Shown: positions 1 to 8,619 of the stretch, in pieces | Numbering within the stretch: position 1 is the stretch's first letter | How the letters are laid out: every line of letters starts with the position of its first letter | Source: Candidatus Thorarchaeota archaeon | GTDB lineage: Archaea > Asgardarchaeota > Thorarchaeia > Thorarchaeales > Thorarchaeaceae | DNA length: 32,000 nucleotides | Reading direction: 5' to 3' | Assembly (NCBI GenBank): GCA_008080745.1 | Contig: SHMX01000003.1 | Span: 300,001 to 332,000 of the forward strand | Position numbers and translations under genes: made by a program | The notes under the pieces: model-generated | The model's input: the letters and a program-made list of their open reading frames with translations, nothing else | Databases searched by the model: none | What the model was told of the DNA's origin: nothing

Positions 1-476
1 ATTCGTTTTCTTTCCTCTGGGGATTGATTTCTATACTCAGTTCCTTTTTCTATATCAATCCATAATTTCAGCTTCTCAAGTGTTTCATAGAAACGGCACA
101 TATCGACGACTAAATCCTTTAGAAGGGGGAGATTGGGCAGGGGTTCTACTAGTACTTCATCGGAAGGGGACCAGCCATTGGGTGCTTCGACCAATGCCGG
201 AAAAGGCTCAAGATTCATTTCATTCTTCTTGTCATCCCTTTTGAGTGTGCTAAGTTGTGTCTTACAAGCTAATCGAGGTATCTTGTCAATTAGCATAGCG
301 CAACTTCCACATACTGCACCTCTGCATGAATATCGAAAGGAGAGAGAAGGATCCATTTTATCTTGAATCTGAAATAATGCATCAAGAACTGTCATCCCCT
401 CCTTGACCTCAACTTTGTATTGATCATAATGAGAGATAGTTTCTCCATCTTTGCTTCGGGCGATTCTAAATAACAT
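1..476 (-). CDS. sdhB: Succinate dehydrogenase/fumarate reductase iron-sulfur subunit (3' part runs off the window)
   Basis: Not in the ORF track; translated by hand from ATG at 476: MLFRIARSKDGETISHYDQYKVEVKEGMTVLDALFQIQDKMDPSLSFRYSCRGAVCGSCAMLIDKIPRLACKTQ... It has the [2Fe-2S] motif C-x4-C-x2-C...C and EPLPNLPLLKDLVVD. The start overlaps the sdhA stop (TGATG). Confidence 0.95.
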   Translation of the reverse strand, partial: MLFRIARSKDGETISHYDQYKVEVKEGMTVLDALFQIQDKMDPSLSFRYSCRGAVCGSCAMLIDKIPRLACKTQLSTLKRDDKKNEMNLEPFPALVEAPNGWSPSDEVLVEPLPNLPLLKDLVVDMCRFYETLEKLKLWIDIEKGTEYRNQSPEERKR

Positions 477-2158
477 CAGTACTTTCTCTCCTTCACTTCG
501 AATTTGCCCAGTGTCACATCGATATATTCAGTCTTGATAGCTCCGCTCTCCATCAAAGTGAAGAGTGAATGTTTTAGAAACTCGGAATCATCACGCTCGG
601 GATAATCGGAACGCCAATGAGCACCCCTACTCTCTCTGCGCATGAGCGCTCCCATTGTGATGATTTCAGCAAGTAATAACATGTTCTCCAATTCTAGTGT
701 TCGTATTAGTGAATAATTAAATCGTATATCAGTGGGACCAATACTGATTTTTTCAAAGCGCTCTCGCAGATTTCGAATCGTACGTAGAGCTTCTTCAAGA
801 TCCTCTTGGCTTCTATACACTCCTACAAGGTTATCCATGGTCTTTTTCATTTCCTTTCTCAAAATGTTTGGTGATTCACCTTCAGACCGTACTACCATTG
901 CTTGCAATTTACTACGGTCTCTGAATGCAATATCCTCAACACAGGATGAGTCAGCAAAACTGGCATTTTCAATGTACTCCAGAGCCGCCTGAGCAACGAT
1001 TGGGCCAAACACCAATGTTTCCAGTAAGGAGTTTCCTCCTAAACGGTTAGCACCATGAACACTCATACACGAGGTTTCCCCTACTGAAAACAATCCAGAA
1101 ATGGATGTTGCCCCGGTTCCATCACAATGGATTCCGCCCATTGAATAATGTTGACCTGGTTGTACAGGAATGGGTTCATCAATTGGGTCAATTCCTGCAA
1201 AATTCCTGCATATCTCACGAATTCCGGGTAGGCGTGACTTTATTTTTTCTTCACCCAGATGACGTATATCCAAATGCACATATTCATCCTCTATACCTCG
1301 TCCCTTTTCTATCTCCTTTCGAATAGATCTCGCAACGATATCTCGAGGAGCAAGTTCCATCTGCTCAGGAGCATACCGTTCCATAAATCGTTCATCTTCT
1401 GAATTTAGGAGATGTCCACCCTCGCCTCGTGCACCTTCGGTTATGAGAATGTTTGAACCGTAAAGAGTGGTAGGATGAAATTGAACAAATTCCATATCTT
1501 TTAGAGAAGCACCAATCCGAAGAGCCAGAGCACAACCATCACCAGTATTAATGAGCGAATTGGTAGATTTCCCATAAACTCGACCGAATCCACCAGTAGC
1601 AATAATGATAGCTTTGGCAACAAAGCCATGGATTTCTCCAGTGGAAATTTCTAAAGCCGTGAGTCCGCAAATCCGTTCATCTTCGCGTACTAATGATGTG
1701 ACATACCACTCCTCATAGAACTTGATGCCTTTTCTCATAGCTTGCTCATATGTGGTATGTAGAAGATTATGACCTGTTTTATCTGCAGCATAACAAGTTC
1801 GGGGATACATGGCACCACCAAAGGGTCTCTGGGCTAATTCTCCATCTTCAGTTCGAGAAAACGCAGTTCCCCATCGTTCATTCTCAATAACGGTCTGTGG
1901 AGCTCTCTTAGTAAGAGTCTCTACTATATCTTGGTCAGCAAGGTAATCAGAACCCTTTATGGTATCGAATGCATGTTGCTCCCACGAGTCATCTTTACTT
2001 AAGGCAGCATTGATTCCGCCTTGTGCTGCCACTGAGTGGGAACGTAAAGGGTGGACTTTCGTTATTACAGCTACATCAGTATCTTCCGCAAGTTCAATTG
2101 CAGCACGAAGACCCGATAAACCAGCTCCTATTACTAAGACATCATGTTTCAGAGTCAA
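476..2158 (-). CDS. sdhA: Succinate dehydrogenase/fumarate reductase flavoprotein subunit
   Basis: GAGLSG FAD loop, HSVAAQGG (covalent FAD His), QFHPT, EGARGEGG, HYSMGG, HGANRLGGNSL, ESRGAH. Confidence 0.97.
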   Translation of the reverse strand: MTLKHDVLVIGAGLSGLRAAIELAEDTDVAVITKVHPLRSHSVAAQGGINAALSKDDSWEQHAFDTIKGSDYLADQDIVETLTKRAPQTVIENERWGTAFSRTEDGELAQRPFGGAMYPRTCYAADKTGHNLLHTTYEQAMRKGIKFYEEWYVTSLVREDERICGLTALEISTGEIHGFVAKAIIIATGGFGRVYGKSTNSLINTGDGCALALRIGASLKDMEFVQFHPTTLYGSNILITEGARGEGGHLLNSEDERFMERYAPEQMELAPRDIVARSIRKEIEKGRGIEDEYVHLDIRHLGEEKIKSRLPGIREICRNFAGIDPIDEPIPVQPGQHYSMGGIHCDGTGATSISGLFSVGETSCMSVHGANRLGGNSLLETLVFGPIVAQAALEYIENASFADSSCVEDIAFRDRSKLQAMVVRSEGESPNILRKEMKKTMDNLVGVYRSQEDLEEALRTIRNLRERFEKISIGPTDIRFNYSLIRTLELENMLLLAEIITMGALMRRESRGAHWRSDYPERDDSEFLKHSLFTLMESGAIKTEYIDVTLGKFEVKERKY

Positions 2159-2297
2159 ATCCTCTCTCCTCGGACATATCTTTCTCCGAACAGAAAATAT
2201 TCTAGCCGTATTACTTAAAGCCCCTTTGGGGGTGTATATTAATCAAGCCAATAAAGTACACAAGATTAATCAAATACAAATTCAGAGAAACGAGTAA

Positions 2298-2313
2298 TAG
2301 TTCTTGCTAAGAA
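2298..2313 (+). repeat. Left copy of a 16-bp direct repeat (TAGTTCTTGCTAAGAA) ending 1 nt before the endonuclease ATG
   Basis: 15/16 identical to 3044-3059; internal palindrome TTCTT-N3-AAGAA. Confidence 0.85.
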
Positions 2314-2314
2314 G

Positions 2315-3046
2315 ATGGGAGAGAGTCCAGTGACCAGCGTAATTGAGATGACTATTCAAGAATTAGAAAGAAAACTACAAGCGATAAAAGAACTTGGATT
2401 TGTTCGTTCCACAAGAAGAGGCCCTACCGGAATTGGACATACTTTTGAGGGGCTGATGGGTTACTCGGAGAATAATATAGCAATCCCTGATTGGGGGTTA
2501 GTGGAATTAAAAACAACTAGAAAAAAATCTGACAATCTAATAACACTCTTTTCAAAAGCTCCAAAAAGAGTAGAAGGAATCACTCCAAAATATCTAGTTG
2601 AAAAGCACGGATATTGGGATGAAACTAAATCAAGACCAGCACTTTATACTACAATAAGTGGTACAGAACCAAACAATCTAGGCTGGATTCTAAAAATAAA
2701 TGATAACCAGAACGAATTAGAAATAATTCATAATGGTACAAAAGTGGCATTTCAATCACTAAATGAATTAGAATCAATAATAGAGAAAAAAATTAGTAAT
2801 CTGGCTTTAGTATTGGCAGATTCAATTAAAAAAGACAGAGATGAGTTCTTTCACTATAATGAAGCTTGGCTTCTTGCTGAACCAGACAGTAAGAATTTGG
2901 TGAAAGTCATCAGAGAGGGACATCTTTTGTTCGATTGGAGGATGCATATTAAACCAAGTGGAGTAACAAGAGATCATGGACCAGGCTATCGAATAAAGGA
3001 GGCATCTCTGCCCCATTTGTTTTCAAAACGCAAAAGACTGATTTAG
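2315..3046 (+). CDS. MvaI/BcnI-family type II restriction endonuclease (alternative start ATG 2348)
   Basis: GIGHTFEGLMGYSENNIAIPDWGLVELKT matches the PD-(D/E)xK core of the MvaI/BcnI family; C-terminal RDHGPGYRI; converges on a DNA methyltransferase with a 4-nt overlap. Confidence 0.85.
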   Translation: MGESPVTSVIEMTIQELERKLQAIKELGFVRSTRRGPTGIGHTFEGLMGYSENNIAIPDWGLVELKTTRKKSDNLITLFSKAPKRVEGITPKYLVEKHGYWDETKSRPALYTTISGTEPNNLGWILKINDNQNELEIIHNGTKVAFQSLNELESIIEKKISNLALVLADSIKKDRDEFFHYNEAWLLAEPDSKNLVKVIREGHLLFDWRMHIKPSGVTRDHGPGYRIKEASLPHLFSKRKRLI

Positions 3047-4353
3047 TTCTTGCGAAGAATAACAATATTCTCAGTATGCATAGTATCAGCAGAGATTCCC
3101 TCTATATTTTCAGGTGCATTTTGCCAAGGCATGCGTTTTTGGGGGATATCTCTTCCAATAGTCATTTCATGTGAAAATCCAATTTCATCACCTAATTCTA
3201 CAATAATTAGATTCGTAGGAATTCTAATCCTGCTCATCGACCTATTACCAACCACTATACAAGCAACGGAATTTCTCCTTAGCTTCCGATACATCTCCAA
3301 CAATGACTCGTTCAATTCGAAAAAGAAATTGTAAAAATCTTTAGCTCTTTTCGGACTCCTTTTAGAAATAGCAGAATAAGTGAGGTCAAGAGTATTGCTA
3401 GCCAATATGTTTTCTTCATACACTCTTTTTGCTCTACCACCAAGTCCCCTCTTATCAACAGTCTTGATGTCATGCAAATCAAGTCCAACCCATAGAGCAG
3501 GATATCTACTGAACTGACCATATGCCACGGTTGTGGAATGATCGCCATATGGTGGAGAGGTGATAATTGAATCAACCGACCCGTTTTCGATTGGAGTATC
3601 TCGATTGTCTATTTCAATTATCTCTGGTTTGTGATAGGATTTTGGTAAATTTCGTACGAACCCGTCCATCAAAGGAATGCATCGATCAATATGAGATAGG
3701 AAAGAAGTCAAAACATCAGGATTGAAACTTTTCATTTTCTTTTTACTCATTCTTACAATCTTGAATTCTCTTTTCTTAAGAAAGGATACATCTCTAACTG
3801 TAGATGCTAAACACAGTAGAAAGAAGTTTCGTGTATCTTGAGATTCTATTGAATCAATCGCTTCACGAATTAAAGACAAATCTGATTGAACTGCAGGGCT
3901 AAACCAATAGTCTATATTGGGCATTTCAGGAGGTTGAAGAGAAACGTCCTTTCTTCTAATTTTATGGATATTGTCTATGAGGTCCCCTTTAGTTTTCCTT
4001 AGTTTAATAGGTGAAATAGGTGTAGTTTTTACGCGGGATAAAAAAATTGCAAAAGGATTTAGATCGGTGCCAATAGATTTCCGATGGTATAGCATGGATT
4101 CAACTAGTGTTGAGCCAGACCCACAAAACGGATCCCATATAATATCATTTTCCTCCGAATACGATGAAAGCAATCTAGCAACAATTTGAGGAATCATTCT
4201 TGCAGGATAGGGATGAAGACCGTGTGTGAAATATTTGGTGTCAGCTCCAGCAAAGGTCCAGTCTTCAGATGAATCTCGTTCAATATCTGAGTCATAATCG
4301 CTTATCCGGGTTTGATCCATGTATTTCCAACCACGCATGAATTGTTTCACCAA
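3043..4353 (-). CDS. N4-cytosine DNA methyltransferase, alpha class (M.MvaI-like)
   Basis: THGLHPYPARMIPQI, N-terminal motif I DPFCGSGST, C-terminal motif IV ITSPPY. Motif I before motif IV gives the alpha arrangement; SPPY suggests m4C. Confidence 0.88.
   Translation of the reverse strand: MVKQFMRGWKYMDQTRISDYDSDIERDSSEDWTFAGADTKYFTHGLHPYPARMIPQIVARLLSSYSEENDIIWDPFCGSGSTLVESMLYHRKSIGTDLNPFAIFLSRVKTTPISPIKLRKTKGDLIDNIHKIRRKDVSLQPPEMPNIDYWFSPAVQSDLSLIREAIDSIESQDTRNFFLLCLASTVRDVSFLKKREFKIVRMSKKKMKSFNPDVLTSFLSHIDRCIPLMDGFVRNLPKSYHKPEIIEIDNRDTPIENGSVDSIITSPPYGDHSTTVAYGQFSRYPALWVGLDLHDIKTVDKRGLGGRAKRVYEENILASNTLDLTYSAISKRSPKRAKDFYNFFFELNESLLEMYRKLRRNSVACIVVGNRSMSRIRIPTNLIIVELGDEIGFSHEMTIGRDIPQKRMPWQNAPENIEGISADTMHTENIVILRKN
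3044..3059 (+). repeat. Right copy of the 16-bp direct repeat (TAGTTCTTGCGAAGAA), starting at the endonuclease stop codon and lying within the last codons of the MTase
   Basis: 15/16 identical to 2298-2313. Confidence 0.85.
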
Positions 4354-4373
4354 CTTATCAAACTAATGCTTTT

Positions 4374-4417
4374 ACCTTTATTATCCAGTATATACTCTAT
4401 CTGGGGGATAATAAGGT
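4374..4417. promoter_or_regulatory. Imperfect inverted repeat between the fumC stop and the MTase start (terminator or operator)
   Basis: ACCTT(T)ATTATCC-AG...CT-(GGG)GGATAAT-AAGGT; the centre overlaps the perfect palindrome AGTATATACT. Confidence 0.45.
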
Positions 4418-4445
4418 CCTACAAAAGAAATGTGCTTTAGTGAAT

Positions 4446-5837
4446 CTATACCATTTTATGAGGATCAAGAATCTCATCCAAGTTTTCAATAGAGATGTTC
4501 ATATCTTGCAGCGTTTCTCGAATGGTCTTACCACTCTCAAGCGCTTTCCTTGCTACTTCTGACGCCTTATCATAGCCAATGTAAGGTGTAAGCCGAGTAG
4601 CTATCATCAGACTGCGATCTAATTGTGATTGGATATTGTCTTCATTTGCCTCAAGTCCCTCCAGACAATTATCGGAAAAGGATTTGATGCCATTAGTAAG
4701 AATATGAATAGAGTCAAGAATATTGGAAATGATGAGTGGTTTGGTGACACACAGGTCCAGAATACTACCTAACGATTCAGCCATGGATATTGCATGGTCA
4801 TATCCCAGCACCTGGATACCGACTTGTATAAGAGCTTCTGATTGAGTGGGGTTAATTTTTCCCGGCATGATAGATGAGCCGGGTTCGTTTGCAGGTAAAT
4901 CTAGTTCACCAAGACCAGCTCTGGGTCCAGAACCCATCCAGCGAATATCATTAGCCATTTTAATCAGAGCAAGAGCAAGCAGCTTGAGAGATGAACTCAG
5001 TCTCACCATAGTTCTATGAGAGGCTATACCCTCAGCCTTCAAAAAATGGGTCCTGAAGGGATTTCCTGTGATGGTTTCCAGATGAGATACAACTTGCTCA
5101 GCAAATTTGTCACTACTGTTTAGTCCAGTTCCTAAAGCAGTACCACCAATGGGAACAATTACTAAATCTTCACGTATTTCTTGAATCTCCCCAAAACACT
5201 TGACTAATTGTGTTCGATAGACAGAGAATTCCATACTGAGGGGAATAGGTACTGCATCTTGAAGATGTGTTCTACCGACCTTTACAATCCCCCTAAATTG
5301 CTTAACCTTTTTATCGAGAACATGGATGATTCTATCAATTGCTGGAAGAAGGTCTTTGTTTATTACATCAAGAGCAGCAACATGCATCGCGGTAGGTATC
5401 ACATCGTTTGAAGATTGGCCCATATTGACATGATCGTTTGGGTGTACTGGTTTCTTCTCTCCCAAGGGGGAACCAAGAATTTCATTAGCTCGATTTGCTA
5501 GAACTTCATTCATATTCATGTTAGTCTGTGTTCCTGAGCCAGTCTGGTAGATGTCAACAGGAAACTGATCCAACATTTTTTTCTGGCTGGTAATCTCATC
5601 AATGGCCTGTAGAAGTGCTTTTCCAAGTTCTTTATCGATGTTACCTAATTCCATATTGGCAAGAAGACAGGCTTTCTTCACTTCAGCTAAAGCATGGATA
5701 AACTTGGCAGGCAACTGTTTTCCTGAGATGTGAAAATTCTGTATAGCCCGTTGGGTGCTTATCCCCCAATAAGCATCTGCTGGGACCGCCATTTCACCCA
5801 GAACATCATGTTCTATTCGTTTTTCAGACATGACCAA
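4446..5837 (-). CDS. fumC: Class II fumarate hydratase
   Basis: YWGISTQRA, QTGSGTQTNMNMNEV, HPNDHVNMGQSSND, GRTHLQDA, signature GSSIMPGKINP. Confidence 0.95.
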   Translation of the reverse strand: MVMSEKRIEHDVLGEMAVPADAYWGISTQRAIQNFHISGKQLPAKFIHALAEVKKACLLANMELGNIDKELGKALLQAIDEITSQKKMLDQFPVDIYQTGSGTQTNMNMNEVLANRANEILGSPLGEKKPVHPNDHVNMGQSSNDVIPTAMHVAALDVINKDLLPAIDRIIHVLDKKVKQFRGIVKVGRTHLQDAVPIPLSMEFSVYRTQLVKCFGEIQEIREDLVIVPIGGTALGTGLNSSDKFAEQVVSHLETITGNPFRTHFLKAEGIASHRTMVRLSSSLKLLALALIKMANDIRWMGSGPRAGLGELDLPANEPGSSIMPGKINPTQSEALIQVGIQVLGYDHAISMAESLGSILDLCVTKPLIISNILDSIHILTNGIKSFSDNCLEGLEANEDNIQSQLDRSLMIATRLTPYIGYDKASEVARKALESGKTIRETLQDMNISIENLDEILDPHKMV

Positions 5838-5853
5838 ATCTCCATTGAGATCT

Positions 5854-6723
5854 CTATTGAATAACTCTTCGATCGATTATTTCTTGAAGTTTCTGTAAAT
5901 CATTCTCCTTCATTCTCAGCTTACCATCTTTGGGTATGGCAAGTCCCTCTTTGAGAAGTGGTTTTTCAGCTTTGTAAAAGAGGCCAAGCGGTAAATTATC
6001 ATACCCCTCTTGAGCCTTCTCTAAGGCAGCTGTCTTATCCGATGGATCATGTCCCTCTTCTTCCAGTGAATAAGTGTGACTATTGAAATATTTCCAAGTT
6101 AGTTCATGATTATAGGTGACACAGGGTTGGAGAATATCGATTACTGCAAAGCCCTTATGTTGCACAGCTTGAACCATAAGATCGATCAACATCTTTCGTT
6201 TCCCTGCGAATCCACGAGCTACAAAGGTAGCTCCATTTACAATTGCCAAGGGCAAAGGTAGAACAGGCATCATTGGTGATCCTACCGGAGGTGGAGAGGT
6301 CTTGGACTCGTATCCTCTAGGTGCTGTAGGAGCATATTGGCCTTTTGTTAGACCATTTACTCCATTATTGTGAATGAATACCGCAATGTTGACATTTCTT
6401 CTTGCTCCATGAAGATAATGACCTAGTCCTTCACCAAGACAATCGCCATCTCCTGTAATCACAATTACCTTTAGATCTTCATTTGCAAGATGGACCCCTG
6501 TTGCTATTGGTACTGGACGGCCATGAAGTCCATGAAGGGCATTCATGTTAATATAATGAGGAAGTTTACCTGAACAACCGATTCCAGAAATTAAGACCAG
6601 TTCTTCATGGGGTACTTCCAATTTTATAGCTGCCTGCTTCAATGCTGCGCGAATTCCAAAATTCCCGCAACCAATACACCAAGTTGCCTCTTGTGGCTCG
6701 GATAGTTGACTCTCTTCAATCAT
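5854..6723 (-). CDS. korB: 2-oxoacid:ferredoxin oxidoreductase beta subunit (TPP-binding)
   Basis: WCIGCG, SGIGCS, HGRP, GDGD...NN TPP motif, GLTKGQ, QPCVTYN. Substrate specificity cannot be read from sequence. Confidence 0.92.
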   Translation of the reverse strand: MIEESQLSEPQEATWCIGCGNFGIRAALKQAAIKLEVPHEELVLISGIGCSGKLPHYINMNALHGLHGRPVPIATGVHLANEDLKVIVITGDGDCLGEGLGHYLHGARRNVNIAVFIHNNGVNGLTKGQYAPTAPRGYESKTSPPPVGSPMMPVLPLPLAIVNGATFVARGFAGKRKMLIDLMVQAVQHKGFAVIDILQPCVTYNHELTWKYFNSHTYSLEEEGHDPSDKTAALEKAQEGYDNLPLGLFYKAEKPLLKEGLAIPKDGKLRMKENDLQKLQEIIDRRVIQ

Positions 6724-8435
6724 TCAATACCAGCCTCCTTAAGCTGTTTCATAATCCATCTCGCTGTCATTGGTCTCGCATCATATTTGTTAACCTCGTG
6801 ATGAACTGCGAGTCCCGTCTCCATTCGGACGAGTTTTGCAAAGAGTGAGGTGGAATTCTGTTCTACAGAAATTATCTGATCAGCAGTATCGAATATTGTT
6901 CTAAGCGTTTCATCTCGAAGTGGATAGACATCGCAGAAGTGAAGCTGATTAATAGACATGCCATTAGAGGATAGAATCTTCATAGCCTCGTAGGCTGCCC
7001 CCCAGGTTGAACCCCAGGTCATAAGTGTGGTCTTGGCATCTTCAGGACCAAAAATCCTAGGTTCCTGCATCTCTTCCAAAATTTGAGGTGTCTTCTTTAG
7101 AAATTTTTCAACCATAGCTTTTCGAACTATAGGGTCCTCTGTCACATGACCATCCTCAAGATGGGCATTACCTGTGGAAACAACTACCTTTCCCTTATCA
7201 CCGGGAAATGCACGAGGGGAAATTCCATCTTCGGTCAGCTCATAGCGTTTGTAATCTTCAATATCATCGGGAGCGATTTTTCCTCTATCGATTTCAACAT
7301 TTGAAACATCAAGATGTTCAATATTCAATATCGAGTCGGCAAAATGCTGGTCCCCCAGAATGAGAGCGGGAATTTGAAAACGATCCGCTAGATTAAAGGC
7401 TCGAATAGCGACTTCAAAACCCTCTTGTGGGTCTTTTGGTGCGAACATAACTCTTGGAAATTCGCCTTGGCTAGCAAATAACAGAAACATAAGATCGGAT
7501 TGTTCAGTTCTAGTGGGAAGTCCCGTGCTTGGTCCACCACGCTGAGCATCATATATCACTATGGGAGTTTCGGTCATGGCTGCAAGACCCAATCCTTCAA
7601 CCATGAGAGAGAAACCACCCCCCGATGTAGTAACCATTGTTCGTGCGCCCGCATACGATGCACCTATTGCCATGTTGATTGCAGCGATTTCATCTTCTGT
7701 CTGTAAAGCACCTATCTCCAACTCTTGAGCAGATTGCATAATCGTCTGAAACACTGAGGTGGATGGGCTCATTGGATATGCTGATATCCACTTTAGTCCT
7801 GCAGCCATTGCTCCAAAGGCAAGACCTTCATTGCCATTCAACAATAGCCAATCTCTACATGCACCCTTTTCAGCATCTGTCAAGTCATGACGGCACTTGC
7901 TCTTGAACTCCTTCTGAGTATATTCGTAAAGTGATTTTGCTACATCAATATTCTTCTGGATAATATTATCTCCCTTCTTCTTGAAAACAACAGACAGAGC
8001 ATCTTCAATCATTGAAAAGGGGAAATTTAGGACGGATAGCAAAGTACCCACTGCTGCCACATTTGTCATTTTTTCGCTGCCTCCGACTTCTTCAGCAGTT
8101 TCTTTTAACGGGGCGGGAAAGTGACAAGATTCCATATCTTCGAATTCGATCGATTTATCAAAAATTATAACTCCACCATCTACTAATTGGTCTCTTTGTC
8201 GTGTGATTCCTTCCTTCACTAATGCAATGACAATATCTATCTCATCAACAGGTGCATAAACTGGTTCGCTACTTACACGTACCTGAGTATAATTATAACC
8301 ACCTCGAATACGAGATCTATAACTTTTGATAGTATGTGTGTAAAAACAAGCGCCAACAAAAAGTTGAGCTAATAGGTCACCGATAGTATCGATTCCTTGT
8401 CCAGCGACACCACCAATATTGAAATTAAGATCCAT
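6720..8435 (-). CDS. korA: 2-oxoacid:ferredoxin oxidoreductase alpha subunit (gamma-alpha fusion)
   Basis: IGGVAGQGID, SRIRGG, GNEGLAFGA, YPMSPST, EDEIAA, TSGGGFSLMVE, QRGGPSTGLPT. Confidence 0.93.
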   Translation of the reverse strand: MDLNFNIGGVAGQGIDTIGDLLAQLFVGACFYTHTIKSYRSRIRGGYNYTQVRVSSEPVYAPVDEIDIVIALVKEGITRQRDQLVDGGVIIFDKSIEFEDMESCHFPAPLKETAEEVGGSEKMTNVAAVGTLLSVLNFPFSMIEDALSVVFKKKGDNIIQKNIDVAKSLYEYTQKEFKSKCRHDLTDAEKGACRDWLLLNGNEGLAFGAMAAGLKWISAYPMSPSTSVFQTIMQSAQELEIGALQTEDEIAAINMAIGASYAGARTMVTTSGGGFSLMVEGLGLAAMTETPIVIYDAQRGGPSTGLPTRTEQSDLMFLLFASQGEFPRVMFAPKDPQEGFEVAIRAFNLADRFQIPALILGDQHFADSILNIEHLDVSNVEIDRGKIAPDDIEDYKRYELTEDGISPRAFPGDKGKVVVSTGNAHLEDGHVTEDPIVRKAMVEKFLKKTPQILEEMQEPRIFGPEDAKTTLMTWGSTWGAAYEAMKILSSNGMSINQLHFCDVYPLRDETLRTIFDTADQIISVEQNSTSLFAKLVRMETGLAVHHEVNKYDARPMTARWIMKQLKEAGIE

Positions 8436-8619
8436 CCGATTTATTCGCTCCTAGCATCCTGATTATCAACTATAGATAATTAGCATACTACTTATGTCAT
8501 TTGGAGTGTATTAAAATAAAGAAATGCTAGAATAAAAATCTGATTTAAAAGATAGGAGTTCTATTGTTCTCAACACCAAGTCATGAATAGAGAATGATTC
8601 TTGAGTTAGGACATGTGTA

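Noticed and set aside
2238-2273. ATTAATCAA repeated at a 27-bp period in the sdhA/REase divergent promoter, and similar GATT..AATC palindromes at 10447 and 11163
   Set aside because: Short AT-rich words with inconsistent spacing; cannot be distinguished from chance without a genome-wide scan
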